From NCBI GenBank assembly GCA_051530055.1, contig CM121342.1, positions 3,719,489 to 3,783,488 on the forward strand: 64,000 nucleotides of DNA, read 5' to 3'. Below, in pieces: positions 1 to 12,125 of the stretch (positions are counted from its first letter, which is position 1; each line of letters opens with the position of its first letter). The notes beneath the pieces were generated by a model. It saw nothing but the letters and a program-made list of their open reading frames with translations. It did not search any database and was not told the origin of the DNA. This stretch comes from Neoechinorhynchus agilis. Lineage: Eukaryota > Animalia > Acanthocephala. The position numbers were made by a program, and so were the translations under genes.

Positions 1-46
1 AAATTCCTTACTGTTATTGACTTAATCGAAACTTTAAATATCTCAG

Positions 47-588
47 ATGTGGAATATATTCGTGAGATCAAATGGAAAGCTCTTGAGATGGCGAGTACTT
101 GTTCCTTCGATTGGTCGGGTGTTAATACCTCTTTATTTGAGTCACCGTCAGGAATTCCCAGTCAACTTTCTCCGGCAGTACTTGAAACAATTATTCGTCA
201 GTCTCACGTTTATCACCATCATATGGAACATTGCTCAAAACAAAAAAGTATTGTCCTCAACGATTACATAATTGATTTAATCCTTAATCGTACTCCCTCT
301 TGTCGGCAAGCACTTTTTGACTGTCTTGCTTTAAAAACAATTTCAGAAGGAAAGCAGCAAAATAAAGCTGATCAGCTCATTGATTCAGTAAGAAAAAGAT
401 TTGACAGCAGCGACCTCATTTGGTTAGAGCCGAAAATCGAGAAAAGCGTCCGTAATGCGCTTTTGGGACGCTACAGAGCATTCGTCGGAGGATATTTGAA
501 CGATGAAGAACGTAGTTGTTCAGTTGATCAATCGGAGAATGTACCGATGGTGGAATGTATGGTACGTTTGGATTTTAGACGAAAATGA
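47..588 (+). CDS. Exon of a protein with a possible CARD/death-fold domain (5' part lies outside the window)
   Basis: Acceptor ctcag at 42-46 precedes the open frame. LSPAVLETIIRQSHV...YIIDLILNRTPSCRQALFDCL fits the CARD spacing L-x-P..L....V......LLD.L..R....F..L. A GTACGT donor near 562 probably ends the exon. Confidence 0.4.
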
Positions 589-931
589 GGTTTCTCTCTG
601 TGCTTCAAGCGTTCTAAACTTTCACGATAAGTTCGCTCTGATTCTAAGTTAGCTTTAGGATCTGGAAAAAATAAAAATAGATTACCATGAAACGTACTTA
701 GTCGTAGATGTGAAAATCTTTTTGCTCGGTCTTCTCTGAATCACTCATTTCGTTTCCGCATTACCTGATCAACGAGGATCACAACCTTTTTTCCAAAGTT
801 CAACCAATGATTCAAAACGATTGCTCATTTCTCATGCACGTAAAGGTATGAAGCTGTACCGTTTTCTTTCCTTTTTTTTGTTAACTGAACGATTTTACTT
901 GTACCAAGCACAAAATATCTACTTGGTAACA

Positions 932-3815
932 ATGAACGATAATGATACCGTGCCAACCACTATGACTATTTATGAACCACCCGAGAATACAAACGAAGAA
1001 GTCGATGAAATAAAAGTTGGTTACAAAGCTCGCTTCAAGGAAATAATGGAGCAAAGACGTATCAGTGCTCAAAAACTAAAACAAAAAGCAAAGCCTGCAC
1101 GTTTTAGGCAGACTGGAGCTTTTCTCATTGGACTAGCAGTTTTGGTTGCCTGCTCTTTAGTAGTCGCCATTGTATTTTTGACCAAGTAGGAATATCGAAT
1201 TCAGGTTGAATTTTAATAAAATTAAAGGACTAGATTTTCGTCTAAAACGACGTTTAATGACAAAAATGAGACTAATGAGTTATCAGACAATATTGTACCC
1301 TTGTCTTACGCCATCAGACTATCTTTTAAAGGACTATCTACTGCTATTCTAGGTTCTGTTCATATTGTTATTAAGGTTTTTATATCGATATAATCGATTG
1401 ATGTCTACCTGATTTATACAGGTGAATTTGGGCGTTCGCTATATTAGCGTTGATTGTGGAGATGAGATCAATGTTAGGAATGTCAGGATCATCAGTTCCG
1501 ATGGTAAGTACGCTATCGATGCAGACAACATTTCTTCGGTACACTTTAACAATATTGTTTAAACCCAATTCGAGGAGAGCCAATGTATCAGTCAGTTCGA
1601 TCGGCATCGTTACTCTTTTATGTCCTCGAAATATACAAGAACAAAAAACCTTTTCCTAAAATATTGACTACATGTTCTCCTTAACCGCATTTGATATGTC
1701 TATTGTCCAAATTTCCATTTGAGACTATAGGATGATTCATCTATGATTTTCTAAATGTCCTTTCAAGCTTTGTCAAAGATCGGAATAGAGAAGTTGATAA
1801 TTCATGGCTCGTTGTTCGTACATCATTTCCTAGACGAGGAGAAACCCTGTAGAAAACGTTTGGAATAGTCAGATAGCTTAAAGATTCATTGATTGCCTAA
1901 AAAACACTTTCACTCGCTATTTAAAGCCACAAGTAAATGATCGCTGATTTCCATTAAGTTTCCCGTTAAAACACAAGAAAGCGGGTTGTAATTCGTCTTC
2001 TTCAAAAAAAATCACGAAATATTGATCATACCTTCTTTTTTTCTATTTAGGCGAAATCCCAGCACAGTATACAAGAGCTGGACATCAAACAATTCTACTA
2101 TACTCCAATGATGTTGTCAATGTAAGTTTCTTCGCACAAAGATCACCGTCACAATAAGATTTATTTTAAGCCTGGGCTTTATCAATTGATGTTTGAGTTC
2201 CGAACCGAAACTACGAAAAATGTGGCGATTGAACGTGCGTTTTCGGGTTCCGAAGTTGTTGCGCTTATTAGTCAAACGGACGTGAGATTCTCGATATTGA
2301 AGGTTGCTTTCTAATCTTCAAACAGGGAGTCACTAGTCCAAGACACATTTTGCCATGTTTGGATAATCCCCAAATCCGTACAACTAATTCGCTTGAAATC
2401 AATGTACCTAACGGTATCACCTATGAAGCTTTTACTGGTGAAAAAGTTGGTATCTTTTTGCAAAGCTGTGTTTATCATGGAATTTCGTTGTTAAGGATAC
2501 TTATCTTGGAGCATGGTTGAATTTTGCCATTCTAAAAAAATCAAATGTTCTTGATATTGTTGATTCAAAATTCGAAAGGGTATGAAATAAAACAAAATGA
2601 GCTACTGATATTCATTGAAAACAATCGAACGGTGCAACAATGAGCTTTATGTCCTTAGTCTAGAATTCAAATCGATCTGCTTGGCTACCCTCAGAGCTTA
2701 TTTGTAAGTGCTTTCATTTCCTTATATGGTAGGTATTTAAGAAAGCCACCAACGAATTTGCTCAAAGGAAACTTGCTCAGCAAATAATGAGCCCCATTTA
2801 TCTCAATGCAAGTCTATTTAAATGTTAGTCTATAGATGTTATTGCACAATGTAAAGATATCTTACATTTAGACGCCAGTAATAGAGTTTCATTATTGATC
2901 AGCGATTCTTATATCAAGAGATTAAGCGATCGTGAAATGAGTGAAGTCGCTTGTATATCAGCAGAAATATCAGCTGGTCTCATATCAGTTGTTCGTGGAG
3001 ACTGCGACCAAAACTTAATAATTCACCTCTTAGCTTCCGCTTATTTTAATTGTATCGTCCATGTAACTCATAGTGAAAACAGTGAAGATAATATGTCAAT
3101 CGAACAATTTCAAAACAGTCAACGTCTTCAGTTTATACGAAACGTTATTCACACTGATGGAAACCGTAAATTTTATTCTGTACGAACTAAGCCATGAATT
3201 TTGATGGGAATTCAAATTTCATGAGATAATCAAAATAAACGATTGCTGATGTCAATGCTAATCATGGAAATTGTGGGCTCTAAAACCTTTAATGCATTGG
3301 AGTCAACGGCCATCACTTCACAAACTCCTGGAGGACAGTGGAATTTCTTGCTTACAAAACTAACAGAATTGACCGGTGCTAATTGCTCTCGAATTTTCGA
3401 GGCAGTCGATAAAATAAAAGGCTATATTACAATGCTTAAAAATGATCCAGAAAGTATTGTATCCTTATCAATCTACGGATCTCAACCGGTTCCAGACGAG
3501 TACAAGAGCGATCTTTATGAGCTTCTTCGTAAATCTGGACGTAGTCAGTTTACGGATCCAGGAAGCAGGCATCTATTTCGATTTTATATTGCTCTCTTCT
3601 CAAATCCTGACGGTCTCGAAGGCTACGCAGATTATCTCATGGATAATTATGACGATGATGTTGGTACTAATGAAATAACTCTGAATCTGTGGTTACTAAG
3701 AGAATCGGCACCTCGATCTCGACTCGCAAAAGCCATTGACAACATCTTTCCGTTTGACGATGATATTATAAAGCAATATTTCTTGACAAATGTAAGCCTG
3801 AAGTTAAAAGTCTAA
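932..3815 (+). CDS. Multi-exon type II membrane, M1-aminopeptidase-like protein with degenerate catalytic motifs
   Basis: Exon 1 ends in a TM helix (GAFLIGLAVLVACSLVVAIVFL). Phase-compatible short GT-AG introns join LSDNIVPLSYAIRL..GSVHIVI, PRHILPCLDNP, TYLGAW, EVACISAEISAG and IVGSKTF..LTELTG. These match the order of M1 motifs LP..V.P..Y.L..GSV.I, RRAFPCFDEP, STYLVA, VAHELAH and LG...F..L....G. Confidence 0.55.
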
Positions 3816-3953
3816 ATAACTTTTATGCAATATAGGAACCAACAATCAATGATTTGTTGACCCCTAAGCTTATTTCAAGAATAAGATCACAAGCCGATAA
3901 TATCGCTGAAGTCTTTTTAGACTAAATATTGTTAATTACTTTATTTAAAAAAG

Positions 3954-4556
3954 TTAGAATCTCAAAGCATTATGTAATTCCCTTACGAATGCTTTAACGC
4001 TATTGGTTGTGACGAGACCCATTTGATCGACGACTTCTTCTTTTATTTTTGCCCTTAATCGAGAATGCGAAACGTACTTAACATTATTTAAAGCCATTCT
4101 TGAATATTCCGCATTAAGCTCATCAATTCGTTCCTCGGCTCTGGGATAGTCATAAAGAGCGAACTGACCTGAAATGATGATTTCGCAGTCCGGATGTTTA
4201 GTCTTGACAAGATAAAGAATGCTACGCATTTGTAAGGCCACGGCACTGACCGGTACATTGCCGGCATTTACATCCTTTGATCCACAATGCAAAATAATCT
4301 TCTTTACGTTAACGAGTTTCGAAGTATTCAAGAACCATCGAACACTCGACATGCGACCATCTTTTAGAGTTCGAATGAATGATTTCTTGAATTCTCGGGC
4401 CAAAAATGGACGAATGTGCATGAATGTCTCATCACCGAGAAAAAGAAAATCGTTGTGGATCTCACGAAGAATCCGAAGTGGACGGCTACGAAGCTTAAGA
4501 AAGTTTATGCAAAACTCCGTGCATTCATCCACTACTTCTCGAACTGCCATAACCAT
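3954..4556 (-). CDS. SGNH/GDSL-fold protein with altered catalytic motifs
   Basis: FLFLGDE (block I, GDS expected), IILHCGSKD (block III, GxND expected), LVKTKHPDCEIIISG and RIDELNAEY are typical SGNH-fold segments. Single 200-aa ORF. Confidence 0.6.
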   Translation of the reverse strand: MVMAVREVVDECTEFCINFLKLRSRPLRILREIHNDFLFLGDETFMHIRPFLAREFKKSFIRTLKDGRMSSVRWFLNTSKLVNVKKIILHCGSKDVNAGNVPVSAVALQMRSILYLVKTKHPDCEIIISGQFALYDYPRAEERIDELNAEYSRMALNNVKYVSHSRLRAKIKEEVVDQMGLVTTNSVKAFVRELHNALRF

Positions 4557-7139
4557 CGATAATATTGAAAAAACTTGAGCAATCGTTAATTTGTGGTTGC
4601 TTAGCTACGGCGAAATGGGCCCGTTTACTTTTAATTTTTTACCTTTTAATTCTTCAACATTATCTTGTTAATTATGACTTAGAACTTTTAATTCAGGGTT
4701 ATTTTGTGAGACATGAAATCATTCACACCACCGCTCTGGATCACTCAGCTGAGCAGATAATTCGATTTTACTGACAACCGGACAGATTTGCTCATACGAT
4801 TTTTTCGACTAGAAAAATTAAATTTCAAGCGGCTGAAACTGCCTTTTATTAGCAATTTTGACAATCGTAAACGCGTTGATTGGGATTTTTATATTGATCG
4901 ATTTAATGGAAATCTCCTTTCATAATTTTGTGTACTTTTTATGTTATTTAAGGACTCTTCAACATCGTAGATGGTGGATATTACTTGTATGATTTCTTCA
5001 CATTGCGATTCGAATTAAATCTTCAGGCGATGAGATTGCGATTACTTTATTGGTCTCTGAAAATTACGATTTCCGAATGATCAGGGCGAAATATGAAGAA
5101 TCAAAACTTCATTTTAGCTTCATGACTTTTAATGCTGAATTCCTTGAACAAACTGACGAAGAAAGAGTTCAAAACTTAGAACTAATTCAGCGCTTTAGAA
5201 GTTTGCCACTGACAGTCACGAATCTTTTACGTACAGTCGGGGATTAAGTGAAATGTTTTCAACAGTTATTTATTCATAAATACGATATTGGAAGTTAACG
5301 ATCAAAGTTCCGGAACCAGCAAATAAATAGTGGTACAGCATTTCGAGAAATTAAATAAAAATTCGTCCTTTCGATCCGAAATCCCAAACTGGGCTCTTCG
5401 CTACATCATCCCCGAACTGATAGACCCTTTTATCCACGTTATAAACAACAGTTTTTATATGGCATCTTTTATTCATGCATAAAAACTCCTAAATTTATTA
5501 TTCTTCCCAAAAATGGACATCCGATTTTAACCAATCCGTCTTTAAAAAGTTACTATTTGTCACCAAAAACGTCTCGTGTTAAAATTGGTTACATTTATGC
5601 GGGGTTTGTAAAGTTTCATAATTAAGGAGATTATCCTGCAATTCCACGGGGAGGATTCTAGGATCTGAGGATCTTATTCATTGTAAGAGAGACGTAGAAG
5701 CCACATCGACGTTTCAGAATAAGAAGTTTTATTGCAGGGAAGGAAAGAGACGCTAAAAGGAAGGAACCCGTCTTCTGGGTACAAAGCTTACTAGAAATTT
5801 TTCTTCGAAAACAGTAAGTATCGACGAATGGTCGAAGCCCAATGACGATCGATGCTACTTTTTGGTGGCTCAGAGGGCGTTTAAAAATGAAAGACAAAAT
5901 ACAGAAAAAAGAGATTTTGGAGTGAATGGTGCTCGGATTTTGCGAGACTCGGCGAGTGTTAATTTTTAAAAGAACGAAGATAATTGTTAAAAAAATACGA
6001 CTAACATCATTTCTAAATACCGTGCAGCGGGGGAACACCACGAGCATCCGTATGGCGGCCGTAGCGGATTTTTAGGAACCAAGGGAAAAAATATAAAATT
6101 TACTTAATTTTAATAAATTTAAGTTTTGGGAAAAATCAATATCTCATAAATCCTTTTCTTTAACAAATTTACCATTATTAACTGAACGAGGGCAAGAGGA
6201 GAAAAGATGCAAAAAATTTAATAATTCTAAATCAAAAGAAGATTATTGATGAACCTTTCAATATGTAAAGCCCCATTATAAAAAATTATGACAAAAATTA
6301 AACGCTCGCGAAATAAATAAACGGATTAGAATTCAACGAGATATATTGATTTGTTAAAAAAAATTAAAAAAGATAATTTTTAAACACGAATCACATGGGT
6401 CAAACGACAATTCGAAATTTACATTGACACGTTTACATCAGGAAATCCCAAAATTATACAAAAAAAAGCGCACTTCGAAAAAATGCGAAAATAAGTTGGT
6501 ATATAAAAAAAATTGACCACTTGACGTAAGATGTTAAAATGGTAAGGCCATGTATTAAGAAAAATAGTTTTTATTGGTTTCGTGGATATTTATATACTGC
6601 CACAATTTCATTCATAATTTTGCAGCATTTTGCAAAATCAAATGGATTAGAGTACTTCAACAACGGCATTTTATATGCTTACCAGAATAGAGTTCAATTG
6701 AATTTATAGCAAATAAAGTCATTCTACTTTTACGCTACATTGTCCAAACAATAAAAACAAAGATTAATTAGGTTTCTCTTTAAAAATCTCGGTATAAATT
6801 CGTTATGGGTTTCGATTTTAACGACTGAATTAATAAAAACAATTGGAAAAAACGCAAATATTTTTTGTCATTGGCAATGATCAAAGAACGAACGTTATTC
6901 GCCGATTCGATTGATGGATAATTAGTGCACCCTTATAGAAAATAAATGACTTGACTGTTAATCTGCAATCAAAACGTGCCGACTGTTTTAGCGAATCAGC
7001 TTATTGTTGGAAAAGGCAACAGAACACTAAATTGTTGTATTTGAAGCATTATCTTTGGTTGCACCTAACATCGTTTTTTTACATACTGCAATATCAAACT
7101 AAAACCAAACAAGGCAAAATGGGGACTTTAAAAGATTTT

Positions 7140-8410
7140 TTGAACGTTTGGACCGTCGCAAACAAGAATCTGCCAAAGATGAAGAGTTTAAAATGCTGCT
7201 GTCGCCACAAAGTGGTGGAACATTTCACGAATTATGGAACGAACCAACGGAGCAAAAAAGATTTCAATATGCACAAGATGATAATTAAAATTTGTTCATC
7301 TGTGGCGATTCAGAAACTCATACTTTTCAAAATGGTACTGGAGAAGCATTTAAAGAGGACTTTGATGAATATTTAATTCCTGAACATTGTCCTTCATCTG
7401 AACAAAAACCTTCATGGATGTTATAAAAAGATTATTCAATCGAGAAACTGCAAGAAGACGATTTGGATGAACATGTAGATCAAGACCAGTATATTGAAAG
7501 TGAACCTTCGGATTCAATAGTCGATGCTCCTCAATCAGAAGAAGAAACAAAACCGTCGATATTGGAGGTAGAACCTTTTAACTTAAGGAAATGCTCGGAA
7601 AAACTTTAATGAACAATGTCGATAAACTCGAATGAAGAAAACGACGAATTATAGTTAATGAAATCAACGATAATCTGGCCTTTAGAATCAAAGAAGATAA
7701 AAGCGACAGTAACAAATTGATCATAAATTACAATGTAATCGAAGTTTGAAATCCACGTTCAATTAACAGAATAAGAGACCTTGTCGAATCCGTATTTCTT
7801 GCGAAAACCCGTAAGTGCCGTCTTTTGCAATCAACTACAAGAATCCTACAAATACGAAAATGGAAATCCTCCAAAGTTTAAATATTGTGGTTTCCTCTCG
7901 TGTGTAATTTACTCACAGAAAGATGAATTATGGCACCGCGCTATTATTGGCGCCGTCATTCCACATTCAGATACAGTGCCGGCATTTTTAGTGAACGAAG
8001 GTCGTACTGAAATCGTCCCACTGTCAAGTATTCAACCGCTAAAAAATGAATTCTGTCAAATTCCAAGATTCGCATCAAAGGGCAATCATCCGGGTATCAA
8101 ACCGGTTCCAAATGAAAATAAAGAAGAGAAATGGTCCATAGATGTAGTGTACAGTTTCCAATTAACAGCAATTAACAGAACGCTTCTTGGCTCATTTTTG
8201 AAGGTTAATGAAATGGAAGATTGTTTTGAAGTAACCTTAAAAGACTTAGAGATTCAAGAATATGTTGGTAACAATCTCCTTAAATCGAATCTCGTGAAAG
8301 CAACCAATGAGCAACTTTCATGTTTTATTCCGCCGGAGCTTCAAATGGACATAAGGAAGGAGCCGTCTTGCGCAACAAAAATACAAAGAAATGATTTCAT
8401 GCGGCGATAA
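7140..8410 (+). pseudogene. Extended Tudor-domain gene remnant, copy 1
   Basis: YSQKDELWHRAII..AFLVNEGRTEIVPLSSIQPLKNEFCQIPRFA..GIKP matches the extended Tudor pattern. The upstream acidic frame has in-frame TAA stops that are shared with copy 2. Confidence 0.65.
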
Positions 8411-9783
8411 TGAGTAGGACATCTGAGTTTTCCCTTCCATTTCCGATCAATACTACGATTATGTTGTTCGGCGTGAAATGATCGATGAGTTGCGATCAGA
8501 AATCGATGATCTACGTGTGGGATACGAAATTCCCTGCACCGAATGTATTAAATCCTACGTAAGGCAAACAAATAATTTGGCAAAAATAACCAAAGAACAC
8601 AAATATTCGCTCTGAGGAGAGGTATCATTGCCAGTTCCCCGTGACTCGGAGGCCAAATTTATTCGCTAGCTTGAAACAGTGGACTAGGGAATAAGGCGAA
8701 CTTCAAACTGAATTTAAGAGCGGTGTGAATGTAACCATCCTCAGCGTGTAGATTCTGGACTTTAATAAAGGCACAAGATTGTGCCGGCGCCATAAATAAG
8801 CATTAAATTTTACATTGAACGCTTTGTATTTGTCAATAATTGAGATATTTTTTACACTTGCGGTTAAGCTTAGTTATTATCGCTTTCATGATCTGTTCGT
8901 CGATCATTCATTTCTCAAGCCAAGTTATATAAATTGTAAAGTGAGAAAACCAAGAATGGTTCTTTATCAAAATCAAATGCATGAAAAGTTACAATTGCCT
9001 CAGTAAGCGAAAAGGAGAGCTCGAAGAATAAACACGATTGCCGATTCGTTAAGTATCGACAATCAGAGTAAAGAATATTTTATTATCAACTCCAATATTG
9101 CACATTTCCTTCAAAGAATTTTTTCTCGACAAAAAATTGGCCGACGCTTAAGCGTCCCTAAATTCAAAAACATAAAAAGGCCGCGTGGATCTTTCTGAAA
9201 CAACGAAATGTTTCTTGGTGAACTGAATTGTATCGACCGATGGATCAATAAAAGTTTTTTGGCGAGGTTCAAATTTAGGAGATTATTCGGCTTCATCGAA
9301 GGAGAGAGACGTAGAAGCCACATCGACGTTTCAGGAGAAGAAGTTTTAGTGTAGCGAAGGAAAGAGACGTTAAAAGGAAGGAACCCGTTTTCTGGGTACA
9401 AAGCTTTCTCGAATTTTTCTTCGAAAACAGTAAGTATCGACGAACGGTCGAAGCCCAATGACGATCGATGCTGCTTTTTGGTGGCTTAGAGGGCGTTTGA
9501 AAATAAAAGATAAAATGCAGAGCTCTTTTCTTTGCGAGACTCGACGAGCGTTAATTTTTAAATATAACGAAGATAATTGTTAAAAAAATACATTTATAAC
9601 GTCGTAAACACTTGTAAACAAAAAATTACAAGCAAGGCGAGCTGCAGCTTTAGGAGCCGTTGAAGTGACGAAAAAGGAAGCGAAAAAGAAACCTCGAACT
9701 TGAATATTAAAAACTTACAAGCAAAAACAATTATTTCCTTATGAAAGCAGATCATTTCGTTTTATTGGGCGTATGATTTGCTA

Positions 9784-10815
9784 TTCGGACCACTCAAATA
9801 CCGAGGAAACGCCCAGCGCTACCGGGACACCAGGCCTAAATTCTGTTCATCAAATCACTACTTTGAGACAAGCAATTTCATTTTGCACGGCAAACAAACG
9901 ATCCTTATCCGATGCCACGACCTGTTGACGCTGCAATGATACAATTTGACGCAACAAGCCACGACAGCCAAACTACGTATTCGGACCACTCAAATACCGA
10001 GGAAACACCCAACGTTAAAGGGAAACCAGGCCTAAATTCTGTTCATCAAATCACTACTTTGAGACAAGCAATTTCATTTGCACGGCAAACACACGATCCT
10101 TATCCGATGCCACGACCTGTTGACGCTGCAATGATACAATTTGACGCAACAAGCCACGACAGTCCAATTACGTATTCGGACCACTCAAATACCGAGGAAA
10201 CACCCAACGCTAAAGGGAAACCAGGCCTAAATTCTGTTCATCAAATCACTACTTTGAGACAAGCAATTTTATTTGTACGGCAAACACACGATCCTTATCC
10301 GAGCGCTGGCCGACCTGTTGACGCTGCAATGATACAATTTTGACGGGCCAAAGCCACGAAAGCCCAACTACGTATTCGGACCACTCAAATACCGAGGAAA
10401 CACCCAACGCTAAAGGGAAACCAGGCCTAAATTCTGTTCATCAAATCACTACTTTGAGACAAGCAATTTCATTTGCACGGCAAAAACGCGATCCTTATCC
10501 GATGCCACGACCTGTTGACGCTGCAATGATACAATTTGACGCAACAAGCCACGAAAGCCCAACTACGTATTCGGACCACTCAAATACCGAGGAAACACCC
10601 AACGCTAAAGGGAAACCAGGCCTAAATTCTGTTCATCAAATCACTACTTTGAGACAAGCAATTTCATTTGCACGGCAAACAAACGATCCTTATCCGATGC
10701 CACGACCTGTTGACGCTGCAATGATACAATTTGACGCAACAAGCCACGACAGCCCAATTACGTATTCGGACCACTCAAATACCGAGGAAACGCCCAACGC
10801 TACCGGGAAACCAGG
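9784..10815 (+). repeat. 195-bp tandem array 1 (~5.3 units)
   Basis: tattcggacc recurs at 9784, 9978, 10173, 10373, 10568 and 10763. The unit encodes a 65-aa stop-free repeat. Confidence 0.95.
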
Positions 10816-11870
10816 CCATTCCAAAGTTTGTTTAGACTCCTTTTCAATCACGAAATTGGGGTGGGGGTTGCGCATAAAATGGGCTCGTCAAATCACGTCG
10901 TGGGGAACTGGTCAAATCCCGCAATCGCTTAAACCGGCAACACCAGAAAATCCGTCGACGCCCCCCGGTGACGCCGGCAGTCTTCCTTCCGCTGCTGATC
11001 TCGTGCGTGTTAGGAAAATTCGGAGTCCTCCTGGACACGACTCTTTTCTTTCCCCAGACTTGTACTTTCCTCTGGCGACAGTTCGGAAGAGTCTCTCACT
11101 GCGGTAATCAAAAGACGCCTCGTATCCTCCGAGGAAAGTTTCTTGAGCATTCGTCATTTAGTAAAGAAGGATTCCCAACAACGTGCGAATGAGACTAACT
11201 GCCATCGAACACCTACAAGACCGTTTGCTGGGCGCGTATCTTCAAAACTCGCTGATTGAGATGTTCTGGGAGCTGTCCATATTTTGTTCTCCTCTGAAAC
11301 ATTTGCAAGTGATTCGCCCTCCACACATCAGGGTTTGAAGTTGAAGCATCCGCAAAGTTCAACCCAAAGTGAAACTCCTACATGTTCCTTCCCTCAAAGA
11401 CACTCCACTTCGACAGTTGAACTGAGAATGGCCATATCCTCCTTCGCCAATTGTTCTGTCCATAGTCTCGACGGGTTTGGTCCTCAGCATCTTAAGGATA
11501 TGATGTCGCTCTCAGTTGGAGATGCAGGCCACACCCTCGCTACCGATCTTTGACCTTTTAATCGAAGAAAATTTACATCCGCGGGCAATGTAGTGATTTT
11601 TTGCGCATCTTTTTGTGCTTTGAACAAAATTACGGGTGGGATTCGGCCAATCGCCGTTGGCTCTGCTCTACGTCGGCTCGCTAGTAAAATCTTTTGCAAG
11701 CGTATTGCAGAAGGGATAAGGCAGCAACTTTGCCCAGTCCAACTGGGATGCTGCACACCCTGCGGGTCCGAAGCCATTGTCCACGAACTCCGCCAGTTTA
11801 TCGCCAATAGTTCAACGCCGTGTGTGATTTTCAAGTGCGACTTTACAAATGCCTTCAATTTCATTCAACC
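10816..11870 (+). mobile_element. Degenerate 5' half of an RLE-type (CRE-like) non-LTR retrotransposon, copy 1
   Basis: GRVSSKLAD*DVLGAVHIL, KHP, LRPQHLKD-like, GGIRPIAVGSALRRLASK, QLGCCTPCGSEAIVH and DFTNAFN are homologous to the element at 56076. Frameshifted and truncated within the RT. Confidence 0.85.
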
Positions 11871-12125
11871 GCTCTATTTGAGACACTCAAAAGTCACTCA
11901 CCAGAAGGGGAGAGCGATGCCTCTTCTTCGTTGACGGCGGTGATTGTTTTGATCTTTTTGTTGCTGTGTTTGTTAATTGAGGAATTTAATAAATGAGTTA
12001 CCCGGAAAAAAATTCTAAGTTCTGTCTCTCGATTTTTTCACCTCAAAACATCTTGACTAAGAAAAAAAACTTGGAATCTTTATTTGTTTCCAGAAAATAG
12101 AAATTCTAGAAAAAAGTCACCACTT

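Noticed and set aside
1380-1607. Minus-strand 75-aa ORF as a separate gene
   Set aside because: It is the antisense shadow of an exon and intron of the plus-strand M1-like gene.
6020-6075. GC-rich 24-nt hairpin as a Helitron 3' end or 5S rRNA fragment (also ~19910-19965)
   Set aside because: No CTRR follows at the right distance on either strand, and the 5S resemblance is limited to about 12 nt.
7140-7780. TAA/TAG read as Gln (ciliate-type code) in the Tudor frame
   Set aside because: Long Gln-rich ORFs (NDC80, GID8-like) contain no in-frame TAA/TAG, and PPAN, PGLS and NDC80 end in TAA. Pseudogene decay is simpler.
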